A DNA stretch of 38,769 nucleotides from Chiloscyllium plagiosum (GCF_004010195.1 NC_057720.1:26890184-26928952); one strand, 5' to 3'. Positions 1-11,876 are shown, counted from the first letter of the stretch. Notes: a model not told the origin generated them from the sequence alone. Numbers and translations are program-made.

Positions 1-215
1 AGGGGTAGGTTCTTCACTCAGTGAGTCGTAAGTTCATGGAATGCCCTGCCAGTAGCAGTGGTGGACTTTCCCTCTTTATGGGCATTTAAGCGGGCATTGG
101 ATAGGCATATGGAGGATAGTGGGCTAGTGTAGGTTAGGTGGGCTTGGATCGGCGCAACATCGAGGGCCAAAGGGCCTGTACTGCGCTGTATTCTTCTATG
201 TTCTATGTTCTATGT
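1..215 (+). mobile_element. CR1-clade LINE, 3' end (window-truncated)
   Basis: End of ORF2 (FFTQ*VVSSWNALPVAVV...AFKRALDRHM), a 3' UTR with GGGCCAAAGGGCCTGTACTGCGCTGTA, and a terminal (TTCTATG)x3 tail. Confidence 0.9.
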
Positions 216-687
216 AAATGATACCTTAAAATATCATTTTGGAAACATATATTTTTCTATTACATTTTGGGATTTTCATATGACCTTTAGATTTGAAGAA
301 TTGTTATCTAAGAGTCTCATGTGGAACTGAATGAGTCAGAAACTTAAGTCGGCACCACATTATATGATGATTTCATGTGCATTTGTGGGCAGAACAGCTT
401 AGACTCTTAGACCTAACATCCAGATCCTCCTCAAAGTCTCTGTCACGATGTCACATCAATGTAACCTGCAATTGCTAATGTGCAATCAAATATACCTTGT
501 TAAATATAATAAACTCTTGTAATTAGATCAGGAGGTGGTTTTCCACTACCACACAGGACCAAACAGCAGACCATGTAGTTTCCGACACTTAAAGAGTATG
601 GCTGCAACAATCTTCATCATAAGCCTCAACTCGTACAGTTCAGTGCGCTGCCATAACTATACAACAAGTTACACATTAATGCAGAAA

Positions 688-872
688 ACTAAGAGAACTG
701 CGGATGCTGGAAATCTGAAACAGAAATTGATGGAAAATCTCAGCAGGTCTGGCAGCATCTGTTGAGAGACATCAGAGTTTAATGCTTTGGGTCCTGTGAT
801 CCTTCTCCAGTTCTCAACAGATGCTCCACAGAAATGCCGAGATCTTCCAGCAATTTCGGTTTTTGTTTCAGA
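688..872 (-). mobile_element. Penelope-like pseudo-LTR fold-back remnant
   Basis: Arms 714-767 and 812-872 are imperfect reverse complements. The element shares the ACTGC(A/G)GATGCTGGAAA and CAGCAGGTC..GGCAGCATC motifs with the pLTR attached to the PLE RT at 25607-25776. Confidence 0.7.
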
Positions 873-879
873 CAGCAGT

Positions 880-2320
880 GTAGATTTGAATTAGATGCTC
901 ATACAACACATCGTGAGCAGCATGGTGTGATCTTCAGGTCCAGCTGTAAGTCACCTGTTCATACAACACAGTTAGAGCAGGGAAGACCGAAGGTTTAAGA
1001 AGCGCAAAGAAGAAACCCTCTTTGTAATCCTCAACAAAAGGAAGAAGGTTTCATTGAATGAGAAAAGCATTTCAGCCATGGTGAGAGATCCTCGACAACA
1101 AGAGAGATAGCACCTACTTGAACAAGGAGAATTACTAACTCCAAAGCAGTTACAGCCAGCATCGTGATGCAGTGATCTGTGGGAGCAGTCCTGAGTTAGA
1201 GTTCAGTGATGAGCAAACAGACATTAGAGGATCCTTAAAGAAAGTTCAAATTCCTTGCTCGGCCAAGAGAAACCTTTAAAAATCACAGTAATCTAGTCTG
1301 GAAAAGCAAGAAGTTAAAAAATTATTTGCAGCTTAGATCAAACACTACTACCATAGCAAGAGGGCACCACAAGGGACAGCTAAAGAAACAGAAGTAAAGG
1401 ACCATGAAAGAAATGTTAATCTGAGGTCGCAGACTGGGGCTGAGAAAATCAGGAATTAAAGTGATATCATCCGGAAGATTAAAAGCCAAAACCGACCTGA
1501 TCAAATAGGGAAGAGGAGTTTGGGACTTTATTCAAACCATGGATAGGTCGGAGATCCTTCATAAAAGCAATAAAGGCAAGGATCATTTACTTAAATCATG
1601 TGGAGACAGTGTCATTCAGTAACTGTGATTAAAGTGGAAATTGTTTATTAAATTACAGGCAGAAGGATATATGCAGTGAGAAATTCAGATCACCTGAATT
1701 TGGCAGGATTTGTGGGGGGGGGGGGGTTGTTGTTAAATGGGGTAATGGTAACTTTATTTATATACACAAATTTACATTATTGACAATGAGAAAAACAATC
1801 TTGGGAGGAGGTTGCGTGAGTCTGAAAGGATTAATTCTGAGCAGTGTCATAATATTGTCATATAGATTTGGAGGCAGAATAGCTTAGAATCTTCACAGAG
1901 TGAGACCTAACATTCAGTGCTCCGCAAACTCTTTGTTACATTGGGGGAAATTTTAGACGAGTCTGAGTTACATCACTATGGTGAGATTTGGGCGAGAAGT
2001 CTGTCAGAACCTATCTGAACATCGGGAGGATCTCATTGTATCTTTTATGCATTTGTTGAGCAGTGAGGTGATTTTCTCGCAAGGATGTGGTGAATTACCG
2101 TTAAGGGAGATTGTAACTTGTATGATGTCTTACTGCTGCCTCAGAGTGCTCTCTTTAATATTCAGTTTCCTATCTTAGCAAATGTGGCTAGCCAGCAGGC
2201 TATCAAGAATTTGCGACATGGTAGTTAAAGCCGTTTTCTGGAGACTGGCTGTGACCAGCCTCCATGTTGCTCAGCACCAACTATCATCTCAGGCCATGAT
2301 CCATAGTCACCAACCACACA
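880..2320. mobile_element. Possible old LTR-like repeat (unclassified)
   Basis: Non-coding block with a general LTR-like composition. No TG...CA termini or TSD could be fixed. Confidence 0.2.
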
Positions 2321-2354
2321 TACGCCTTATCTAAGGACATTGGCATCTGACATT

Positions 2355-2472
2355 TTCAGGGCTGTGTGGAAAAGGCAGGGGAGTGGTATTAGGTGATTTG
2401 CTCTTTCAGAAGGCCAGCACAGACACGACAGAACGAATGGTCTCCTTCTGCATTGTAACCATTCTATGAGAT
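2355..2472 (+). mobile_element. CR1 3' UTR fragment
   Basis: GCACAGACACGACAGAACGAATGGTCTCCTTCTGCATTGTAACCATTCTATG matches the CR1 3'-terminal pattern seen in other copies in the window. Confidence 0.7.
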
Positions 2473-2749
2473 TACAAACTATCAAGAAAATATTTTTATA
2501 AATTAATTGCATTTCAGCTTTTTCTATTTTGCTTTTCAATTGAGCATTAAAGTATACAGCTGCTTGCATGAACAGTCACACTGAAAAGTACTGAAGCACA
2601 TTGTTGACAGGGCTATTTGTTAAATATATTTGAAGCAGATTGCATATTGGTTTGAAGAGACCCTGTGGTCACTGCTGAGTATGGCATTGACAATCTGTAG
2701 TGGCTAACTTCATAAAAGGTATAAACCTTTCTGGCCTGTATCGGGACTG

Positions 2750-2975
2750 TTTACTGATAGAACAGCCTCTAAAGTCAGTATTGAAAATGTTGTTGACAGA
2801 ATTTATAGGGTAACTACTTGATTGGAATAAGCCGTGTAATCAGTATCGGATGTGGTGTTGACAGGTTGTAGTTGGTGACTCATTGATTGGAATAGGCTCT
2901 GCAATCTGTATTGGCGTCTGTGCTGACAGCCTGTAGTGAGAGAGTCATTGATTGGAATAGGCCTCGCGGTCAGTT
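2750..2975. repeat. Degenerate 65-bp tandem repeat (about 3.5 units)
   Basis: TTGATTGGAATA(A/G)GC recurs at 2818, 2883 and 2948 (period 65), with aligned TGACAG..TGTAGT segments. A more diverged unit precedes it. Confidence 0.8.
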
Positions 2976-4439
2976 TTGTGCTCATGAGTGACTTAGCCTT
3001 ACTGAATGACGTGAATTGTGAAGGACAGTCATTACAGATTCTGAGGGAGAGGGAGCAATTAGAAATTGGGAGAATGAAGCAATTTGACACCCTGTTGCAT
3101 TGGACACAGCCGTTAAGCTGAGTTTATTTAAGGTGCTGGTGCTTCATGCTAATACAAAGACATTCTTTTTTGAAATACGTGCCTAGCCACTCCCACTAAT
3201 AAGAATTCATCCGAGATTACCAACTGTGTACTCAAAATTTGTGCTTGATTCAATTGAAATGATGCCAATAAAATCATATTGAGACAGTGAAGAGGAAGGG
3301 AAACATTTTTTAAAAATTCAATTTATGTTATGGTACACCTCAGAGGTAGGGAGCACACAGAAACACTACCATGGCATCACAAGTATAAAAGTATACACTT
3401 ATGTTAAAACATAACAGATTCTAGACAGGGCAATTTATGTTCACAACATCAATCTATCACAGTCATCAAAAAGGTGAAATCGCAGCAACTACTGAAAGTG
3501 TTAGTCACACTCAGCAAGTCAGGCCCAGCACCCATGGAGGGTGGTAACAATCAATGGTTCATGGAAACCTTTCACAACTAGGTGAAATGGAAATTATATG
3601 ATGTGCAGAACTGAAATTTGCATCAAATTCTACAACACAGAGTCTCAAAAGGGAGCTGCAAATCCAGGTAATATACAGTTAGTCAGGCAGCATCTGTGGA
3701 TAGTAAAACGGAGGGTGAAATTTAATATAACCAACCGGGGGAGGGGCACTGGGGGAATCCAGCGGGAATACCCACATCAGATTCGGGAAACCTCTCCCCA
3801 ATTAAGTCAGGAGAAGGACTTGCCCATGAGTGAATGAAGCACATTAATGAGGTGCTTGAAACCCATCATTCCTGAGCCCACTGGAATTGAATAGTACCTC
3901 AGGGATTGAGTGGCACTCACACGGCTCTCCTGTGGATCGTGAAGGTCACCCAGCTCATCTGGAGAGTATAGGATGCAATATCTAAATGAAGATGATGTCA
4001 CTGATCATGTCATTCTGACATTAGTTGAGCAAAATGAAAGAGATCAGTGTGAAGAGATGAGAAGAGGCAGATAAAAGGAGGTTTTTGGACACTAAAAATA
4101 GCTTTCTTCAGGCACATGTTTTGTATTAGTATAAGTTAAACACATTACAATACTGAACAGAGTGAACATGATGTTGTAGGATCAGGATGAACTCGTGATG
4201 CAAAAGAGAGCCTCTAACAGTAGAGTGGCGTCAGGCAGAGAGGGGGCCATTGAAAACCTCCTACTTGCCCTTGCCACTGACTCTCTTGACCCCCTCTGTC
4301 TGGAGATCTATTCCCCGCAGTATCCATCCATCCCCACTTATCCCCAGGGATCCAGAGGCAATCCTTTGGCTGGGCTTTAGAGTATTACTGGAACAGCCAC
4401 CACTTCCCAGAGGCACTGCTAACTCCCTGGAGAGCTGTT

Positions 4440-4562
4440 AGTCTCCAACTCCAGAGCCACAGTGATGTGGTTACCTCAGAATTATCTGCTGAGCAATTGC
4501 AGATGGGCAATGAACATTGGCCGAGCCAGGGACACCCACACTCTATGAATGAATATCTTTTA
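4440..4562 (+). mobile_element. 3' part of a SINE (same family as 29712-29820 and 32575-32805)
   Basis: ACTCCAGAGCCACAGTGATGTGGTT...GCAATTGCAGATGGGCAATGAACATTGGCC...CCCACACTCTATGAATGAAT. The same tail occurs at about 21855-21928 and 32755-32805. Confidence 0.65.
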
Positions 4563-4574
4563 AAAATATGAAGA

Positions 4575-4777
4575 TAAGAATCTGAAATGCATGGCCTAGG
4601 ATGTAGGAGAGGCAGGTAACCGCACACCCTTTAAAAAGTACTTGGATGAGCACTTGAAATTCATTATAATCACAGCCACGGTCCAAATGCTGGAAGGTGG
4701 AATTAGTGTAGATTTAGAGTAGCTTTTTGTCAGTGCAGACTCAATGAACCAAAGGGCCTCTTCTTGTATTACAGGAT
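4575..4777 (+). mobile_element. CR1 3' end
   Basis: FKKYLDEHLK-type ORF2 end and a 3' UTR (GACTCAATGAACCAAAGGGCCTCTT). The tail appears to resume after the solo LTR (ATGATGCTATGACT). Confidence 0.75.
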
Positions 4778-4966
4778 CGTAGTGATTGAAACTGGATGGA
4801 TCTTATTGACCATGAGATCCTTGATTGGGTTTGTTAACTTGAGTGAATCATAGAGTCCAGGCTGACAGATATAAACAGGGAATTCAGAATGTCCTACTTC
4901 AGCCACTGACTCTGAGCATAAAGGATGACTTGGTGACAAGATGCTGGTTTCTGTACAGTCATTTCA
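4778..4966 (+). mobile_element. Short solo LTR (probably Gypsy-type)
   Basis: (C)GTAGTGATT...GATATAAA (TATA-like)...ATAAAG...ATTTCA, flanked by AGGAT/ATGAT (4/5 match, possible TSD). An inverted homologue lies at 5698-5816. Confidence 0.65.
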
Positions 4967-5049
4967 ATGATGCTATGACTTTCCTACAAACTACAGGCAG
5001 TCGTTGGCCAACATATGCATCCTTTAGCTGTGTTGCTTTCTTATGCCAA

Positions 5050-5289
5050 TTGAAAAGCATGTGAACTCATTATCCGATTATAAGGATGCTCGACTATCAG
5101 CCAAACAGCCTTATTTTTGTTTCCAAGTTTCATTATTTTTATATCTGGTAAAGAGCCGTGTTCAAAGAAAATGACATTTTTTTTAAAAAATGCTATAGTT
5201 CTTTTTTTTGGGTTGCAAGAAGTTGTATCCAGGAGACTGATTTTGCATTTCCCGAGACTCCAGGCCAATCCTTGAGTATTGGTGACCCC
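5050..5289. mobile_element. Possible non-autonomous hAT-type element, one terminus
   Basis: The end CCAGGCCAATCCTTGAGTATTGGTGACCCCT resembles a decayed AGGGTTGCCA-type TIR. The other TIR was not found. Confidence 0.3.
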
Positions 5290-5697
5290 TTATCATATGC
5301 TTCCTAAGGTGTTGCACATTCAACTCAATGAAACTCCAATTTTCCAGTTCTGGTTAAGTGCAGGAAATATCACTAATTAACACAACAGCAGAGAAAGAGA
5401 AAACTTACACACTCCATCGCAATGCTGTCCTGGCCCATAGCTTGACTTAATTATTCACCTCATCCAGCAATTCAACAAAAAACATTTTTTTCTCTTCAGT
5501 TTTTAAAAGATGGTAAACATCAACAACTCTTGGATAAAACTGATCCTTGGGTGAAAGTGTTAAATTGGGGAAAAGTTCATTATGACAGTATTCGGCGGGA
5601 ACTGGAGAAATTAGATTGGGTGCTGCTATTTGAAGGTAAACCTACATCTGACATATGGAAGATTTTCAAAGGCCAACTGATCAGAGTTCATGACCAG

Positions 5698-5816
5698 TTC
5701 TGAATCCCCTGTTTGTATCTGTCAGCCAAGGATCCTTGATTAGCTCAGGTTAACCATCCCCAATCAACGATTGCATAGTCAATAAGATCCACCTGGCCCT
5801 GGCTCCAATCACTACA
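5698..5816 (-). mobile_element. Partial copy of the same solo LTR
   Basis: The reverse complement TGTAGTGATTGG...GGATCTTATTGAC...GGCTGACAGATACAAACAGGGGATTCAGAA aligns with 4778-4890. Confidence 0.7.
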
Positions 5817-6304
5817 GATATGAAATTGGCTTGTTCGTAGAAGACAGGATAGTTGTAGAGGAATGTTTTTCTGATTCAAGGTTATGACTCATGATGTTCA
5901 GCAAGGATCAATGCTGGGATCTCTATTGCTTTTAAGATATAAAAATGATCTGGAAGAAAATTTAGGCCATTTAATTTGTAAGTTTGCAGACCACATGAAA
6001 ATTGGTGGTATGGTGGATAATAAGGAAGGTTGTCAAAGGATACAGCAGGATATGGATCAATATATGGAAAGGTAAGTGATGAAATAGCAGATAAAGTTTA
6101 ATGCGGACAAGTGTGAGGTGATGTATTTTGGGAGGTCAAATGCAAGAAGAAAGTACACAAAAAATGGAAGGACCCTTAGGAGCATTGATATACTGCAGGA
6201 TCTTGGAGCACAAGTCCATTTTTCCCTAAAAGTGGCAACAAGAATAGTTAAGGTGGTAAAGATTGCATATGGCACACTTGTCTTCATCAGTTGGGTCATA
6301 AAAT

Positions 6305-6641
6305 CCCTAATGTGGAAACAAGCCATTTGGCCCCAACAAATCCACACTGACCCCTTTGACGATTAATCCACCCAGACCCATTCCCCTATTGCTCTATATT
6401 TACCCCTGACTAATGCACCTAACTTACACATTCCTGAACACTATGGCAATTTAACATGGCCAAATCACCTGACCAGCACATTTTTTGGATTGTGGGAGGA
6501 AACTGGAGCATCCGGAGAAAACCCGTGCAGACATGGGGAGAACATGCAAACTCCACACAGACAGTCACCTGAGCTGGAATCAAACCTGGGTCCGTAGTGC
6601 TATGAGGCAGCAGTGCTAACCACTGAGCCATCATGCTGCCC
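6305..6641 (-). mobile_element. HE1-type V-SINE (tRNA-derived, CR1 tail)
   Basis: Minus strand: TGGCTCAGTGG (A box), GGTTTGATTCC (B box), V-domain TGTGTGGAGTTTGCATGTTCTCCCC. CATAAAAT is duplicated at 6297-6304 and 6641-6648. Confidence 0.9.
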
Positions 6642-8758
6642 ATAAAATATTTTATTGTATATAAAAGTTGACAAGTCATGTTGCAGCTGTATAAAACTTC
6701 AGTTAGACCATATCAGAAGTATTGTTTACAGTTCTGGTTGCCACACTATAGGGAAGATATAGAGGCATTGGAGAAGGTGCAAAAGAGGTTATCGGCTTGA
6801 TGTCTGGATTAGAATGTGTTCACTATAAGAAGAGATTAAACAAACTTGGATTGTTTTTGCTAGAGCGTCGGAGGCTGAGGGACAACCTGATCAAAGTATG
6901 TGAAATTATGAGAGCCATAGATAACATGGATAGTGGGAGTCCTTTACCCAAGGTGGAAATGTCAAATACAAGGAAACATGGGTTTAAGGTGAGAGGGGCA
7001 AGGTTTAAAAGGAGGTGTGTGAGATAAGACATTTATGCAGACGGCAGGAAGTGCCTGGAACATGCTGCAAAAGGGAAATAGTGCAAGCAAATACATTAGC
7101 AATGTTTTTTAGACAGACACATGAACAGGCAATAAATAGAAGGATATGGGTCATGTGCATTCAGATGGAATTAATTTAGATTGGCATCATTGCCAACGCA
7201 GACAAAGTGAGCTGAAGGGCCTGTTCCTGTACTGGACTGTACTATGTTATATGTTATATGTTCAACGCACTTCTGGATTTTTGTTCATCTTCACCTTCAC
7301 TTTCCTCTGACCTTCTTCACATTTCACTCATTGCAATAATTTTATTACCTCTTCTCACCCTGTAAATTATGATCTCAGTAAAGACCTCAACTTCATTCTT
7401 TCATGCGTCCATCTCCACAATTTTAGACCTTTGTGCAACACTGAGACACTGAGCCCTTCAGTATCTTCGTCTTCTTTGGCTGGGTATTCTCCACACACTG
7501 CATTTTTTTCTTCCACATTCAGAATTCTCATTCTACCTGGAGCCCTCCCTCGGGTCTTTAACTCCAGGAGGTTTACTAGCTTTATCAGATTGGAATCACA
7601 CCATTACCCACCCTGCATTTTGAACACACTAAGCAATTCACAAATCACTGAACAAAGGAGACACAATCACTGCTCAAGACACACAAACATAAATAATGGT
7701 GTTCAGTACCTGCGGTTTCAGTTTGATGCGGTTCATCTGCACCAGTCACAGGCTTTTTAAAATTGTTTTATTACTGAACATTCCAAGATACCACTTGAAC
7801 AGTTCTAAAATTTGTTGATTACAGGAATAACTTTTCCCTGCATTGTCAATACAAATCTGCTTTTCTTGATTAAACCTTGAGAGGTCATACACATCAAGAT
7901 GATCGACATTTATTTCAGTAGAAATTAGGAATGTATAATATCTCATTATAAAACAATCAGTATTTATTATTTAGCAAGGGCACCACAATTTCAATGTTTC
8001 ATGTAGTCATAACCAGCATTTGGTTTCACCTACACGATCAGAGTTGCATGCAGTACATGTATTCTTGAAGGGTATTGGATCTGAGGAATGTCATTCATGA
8101 TTTTGCAAACACAGAAATGAAAGACATGTACACCCATTCCATGCATGTGTATCAATCATTCCAACCAATGTAATTCTTTGACAAAATGCCACACTCATTA
8201 GAATCAGACAGAAATATTAACATTAATGACTATATGCCAGCCTTGTGTTGGGAGCAGCATTCCCACCTCTGAGCCTAAAGGTTATGGGCTCAAGCCCTTC
8301 TTCAGAGAGTTGCTGTACACGATATCATATAATACCAAAGGAATGCCGTCCTGGCAGAGGTGTTGGTCAGATTTCTGGTCTCTGGATCACTGAAGACCCG
8401 GCACATGATCTAAGATATGAGGTGCTGATGTGCTAACCTCTGCAAGAATGGTTCGGGAATTTTGAACTGGGAAGTCCACTGTGGGCATTCCACAGGATCT
8501 TTCGCAAGTCTCTGACCCTGAACAAGAGTTAAAGGCTTCAGATATTATATCAGATTATGTGAATAGTTGTCCAGGACATTAAAACTTGACTTAACCCTTG
8601 GGTAACTATAGAACTGACCCATCTATCACACCCACTGAATCCTACCCCCTCCCAACATACTCTTCAAAATCACAACCCACTACACTCTCAAGAGCACCCC
8701 CCACCCCACCCCACCCCAAGCTAATCGCCCTTAACGCTTTAACTACCATCTCACTTTG

Positions 8759-8971
8759 GTGAAAGTGAGGACTGCAGATGCAGGAGATTAGAGTCAAGAT
8801 TAGAGTGGTGCTGGAAATGCACAGCAGGTCAGGCAGCATCCGAGGAGCAGGGAAATCGACATTTCTGATTAAGGAATCTGATGAAGGGCTCCGGCCCAAA
8901 ATGTTGATTTTCCTGCACCTCCGATGCTGCCTGACCTGCTATGCATTTCTATCACCAATCTAATCTTGACT
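8759..8971 (-). mobile_element. Mini Penelope-like insertion made of two inverted partial pLTRs
   Basis: Inverted arms at about 8792-8864 and 8898-8971. Exact 16-bp direct repeat CTACCATCTCACTTTG at 8743-8758 and 8972-8987. Decayed hammerhead core at 8878-8906. Confidence 0.85.
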
Positions 8972-9504
8972 CTACCATCTCACTTTGCCTACCCACAATT
9001 ATATCAATACTCTATGTGAAGTTAACCCAACCAGATGAAACATTGACTACCCAGCCTGATTAGCACCAACATGACTACCCCTTCCAACCCAACCTGAGAA
9101 CCTCAATTCACCTACCCACTTAACTGGGTAACTGTCTGCCACCCTTCCATCCTGCTACCTTGCTCAGCCACCACCTCACTCACATGCACTTAACCTCACC
9201 TATCTACACCCTATACCAAACTACCCGCTCACTCATTAACCCAGCCACACATTCAATCATTCACTCATTCATTGACATTGACACTGGATATTTAAACTTC
9301 TCATATGGCAGCTGGTGCATAACATGTGGCAATGTCAAGTTGTCCCTCAGATGCTTCAGTGATGCATTGATGCTCTTCAATGGGTACTGCATTCCTTTTC
9401 TGGAGTAGCCAAACTTAGAATCACTGGCAAGAAATGCAAAGGATTGTAAGAATGCGGAAGAGTTCAAGTGGAGCAGTAATCTGATGATGATTGCTGCTTT
9501 ATTG

Positions 9505-9803
9505 AAGTTCTGGGGAGCTGTCTTTCAGGGATGCTTTAAATCAATACTCCATTGCCCTCTCAGTTGGATATTTACAATCCCTTGTGAATATTGTCAAATG
9601 ACAAGGAGTGTTCATTCTGGCATTCTGTCTAATATTTACCATTATCTCATTGCTGTTTGTGGGAGCTTCTGTACACAAGTTTCCTGTAACCACTCCCAAC
9701 ATTGAAACAGTGATTACACTTCATAAAATAAGCCATTGATCATAAACTGCTCTAGGATATTCTGAGGCTTTGAAAGGCACTCAATAAATGCATGTTCTTT
9801 CTT
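9505..9803 (+). mobile_element. Deu-domain SINE (SacSINE1/AmnSINE1-like), decayed
   Basis: Deu core CATTATCTCATTGCTGTTTGTGGGAGCTT, upstream TGCCCTCTCAGTTGGA, and an L2-type tail TGAAAGGCACTCAATAAATGCATGTTCTTTCTT. Confidence 0.75.
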
Positions 9804-10179
9804 CCTGTACACTCACAACTAGAAAAGATTACAGCATTGATTGTTTGGTGAAAGAATGGCAAATGATGGAAAATCTGTTTTTGAAAAAGAAAATGGAACA
9901 AGAAAAAGCCATATAGCCCCATAACGCCTGAAAGGCCTTAGCTCAGCCATGTGTCACTCCAACAGATCGCTCAGCTGTTTAGATCTTGAAAGGGTTTTGG
10001 GGCATCCTGCAGCATCTTGAATTTCAACAGTTTTGTTTCTCATATAAAATAATTTACTTGTTCTAATAATTCATTTGAGCAGATTGCTTCAGTGTTTCAG
10101 CCACCATTTGTCCCTCAAAAATTACAAAGTATTTTTCATCATTATTTAACTATCTGACATCCTGCATTATCTCCATTAC

Positions 10180-10376
10180 TAAAGTCAAGTTGTCAAGGTC
10201 TTACCAGACCCTACGGCTGCTCTCTTATGAGAGAGAGATGAGTGATGGTGGTTTAACCTGAATGTAAAGGTTGAGCAGGAGGGTCCTTCATGGTAACTTC
10301 AGCCAGTACAGGAATTGAACTGATGCTGTTGGCATTACTATGTGTTGCAAACCAGCCACCCAGCCAACTGAACTCT
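10180..10376 (-). mobile_element. Short tRNA-derived SINE
   Basis: Minus strand AGTTCAGTTGG (A-box-like)...AGTTCAATTCC (B-box-like), then a body ending in GGTCTGGTAAGACCTTGACAACTT. Confidence 0.65.
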
Positions 10377-10610
10377 ATACTACTACACAAAACATTCACC
10401 CAACCAGAATAATCTTCCTATCATTAGGTCACCAAAAATGTCTGAGGGGATCTAGCTATTGTTACAACCTCTGATTTTTACTCCATCCCTTTACTAATGC
10501 AGTTCATTTTCCTTGCTTTTTTTTTAATAATTGGTGCTTTTCCATGAAGGAAGGATTCACAGATATATCCACCGTATCCAAGACATATAAACCATAAGCA
10601 TAACTGCTCA

Positions 10611-11876
10611 GTGAGTTTTGAGGAGATTTGTAGCTCAGGTTGAGGTTCTGGATGTAGGTTTGCTTGCTGAGCTGGAAGGTTCATTTTCAGTCATTCCATC
10701 GCCATACCAGGTAACATTTTCGGTGAGCCTCCGGACGAAGCACTGCTGATGATTCCTGCTTTCTGTTTATATTTTGGGTTTCTTTGGTTGGTGATGTCAT
10801 TTCCTGTGATGTCATTTCCTGTTCTTTTTCTCAAGGGGTGGTAAATGAGGTCCAAGTCAATGTGTTTGTTGATAGGGTTCCGGTTGGAATGCCATGCTTC
10901 TAGGAATTCTCGTGCGTGCCTCTCTTTGGCTTGTCCAAGGATGAAGTGTTGTCCCAGTCGAAGTGGTGTCCTTCTTCATCCATACGTAAGGATACTTGTG
11001 AGAGAGGGTCATGTTGTTTTGTGGCTAGTTGATGTTCATGTTTCCTGGTGGCGGGTTTTCTGCCTGTTTGTCCAATGTAGTGTTTGCTACAGTCCTTATG
11101 CAGTATTTTGTAAATGACATTAGTTTTTCTTGTTGTCTGTATAGGGTCTTTCAAGTTCATTAGCTGCTGTTTTAGTGTGTTGGTGGGTTTGTAGGCTACC
11201 ATGATGCCAAGGGGTCTTAGTAGTCTGGGCAGTCATTTCTGAGATGTCTTTGATGTAGGGGAGAGTGGCTAGGGTTTCTGGATGTGTGTTTATCTGCTTG
11301 TTTGGGTTTGTTGTTGAGAAATCTGCAGAGTGTTCATTGGGTACCTGTTCTTTTTGAATACACCTGTATAGGTGATATTCCTACTACAGAAAAACAACAT
11401 ATATGGACCAAATATTGAACTACAGAAGCAATCAATCCAACATCCACAAACAAACCTGCATCAGATCATTATTCTAATGAGCCACCATACACTCAGCAAC
11501 ACAGAGAAACTACGCAGAGCAAAGGAAAATCACCATGTGGATGAGGAAGGACACCACTTCGACTGGGACAATACATCCATCCTTGGACAAGCCAAACAAT
11601 GACATGCACAAGAGATCCTAGAGGCATGGCTTTCCAACCAGAAATCTATCACCAAACACATTGACTTGGACCCGATTTACCAACCCCTTAGAAAAACAAC
11701 AGAAAATGACATCGCCACAGAAAATGACATCACCAACCCAAAGAAACCCAAACATATAAATAGAAAGCAGGAAACTTCAGTAGTGTTTCATCTGGAGGCT
11801 CACTGAAGATGTTACCTAGTATGGTGATGAAACATCTGAAAATTAACCTTCCAGCTCAATGAGCAAACCTACATCC
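10611..11876 (-). mobile_element. Penelope-like retroelement, 5'-truncated and inverted, with GIY-YIG endonuclease remnant
   Basis: Minus ORF 10900-11202 reads NVIYKI..DCSKHYIGQTGRK...RKHEH (GIY-YIG). 11535-11876 is the inverted copy of about 10648-10985. A 14-bp TSD AGCATAACTGCTCA lies at 10597-10610 and 11877-11890. Confidence 0.92.
11800..11839 (+). ncRNA. Minimal type-I hammerhead ribozyme motif (PLE pLTR)
   Basis: TCA-CTGAAGA-T-GTTACC-TAGTAT-GGTGAT-GAAA-CA-TC-TGA: CUGANGA and GAAA core boxes, a 6-bp stem II with G-U pairs, a 3-bp stem I (TCA/TGA) and an AUC cleavage triplet. Confidence 0.7.

Larger units (their letters stand above)
5551..7263 (+). mobile_element. Decayed CR1 LINE (ORF2 pieces to 3' end), interrupted by an LTR fragment and an HE1 SINE
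   Basis: Translations VKVLNWGK...LDWVLLFEGK, VQQGSMLGSLL, KFADHMKIGG (RT FADD motif), KRLNKLGLFLLERRRLRDNLIKV, followed by a (TATGTTA)n tail. Confidence 0.9.

Noticed and set aside
1714..1726. Poly-G runs (also about 15188-15200) as G-quadruplexes
   Set aside because: They are simple homopolymers inside probable repeats, with no further support.
6560..6641. tRNA-like A and B boxes (also near 24330-24403 and 10300-10376)
   Set aside because: These are SINE heads continuous with SINE bodies, not tRNA genes.
7706..7946. Minus-strand 66-aa ORF followed by a CAG|GTACT donor-like site
   Set aside because: There is an in-frame stop before the donor, no recognisable domain and no clear acceptor.
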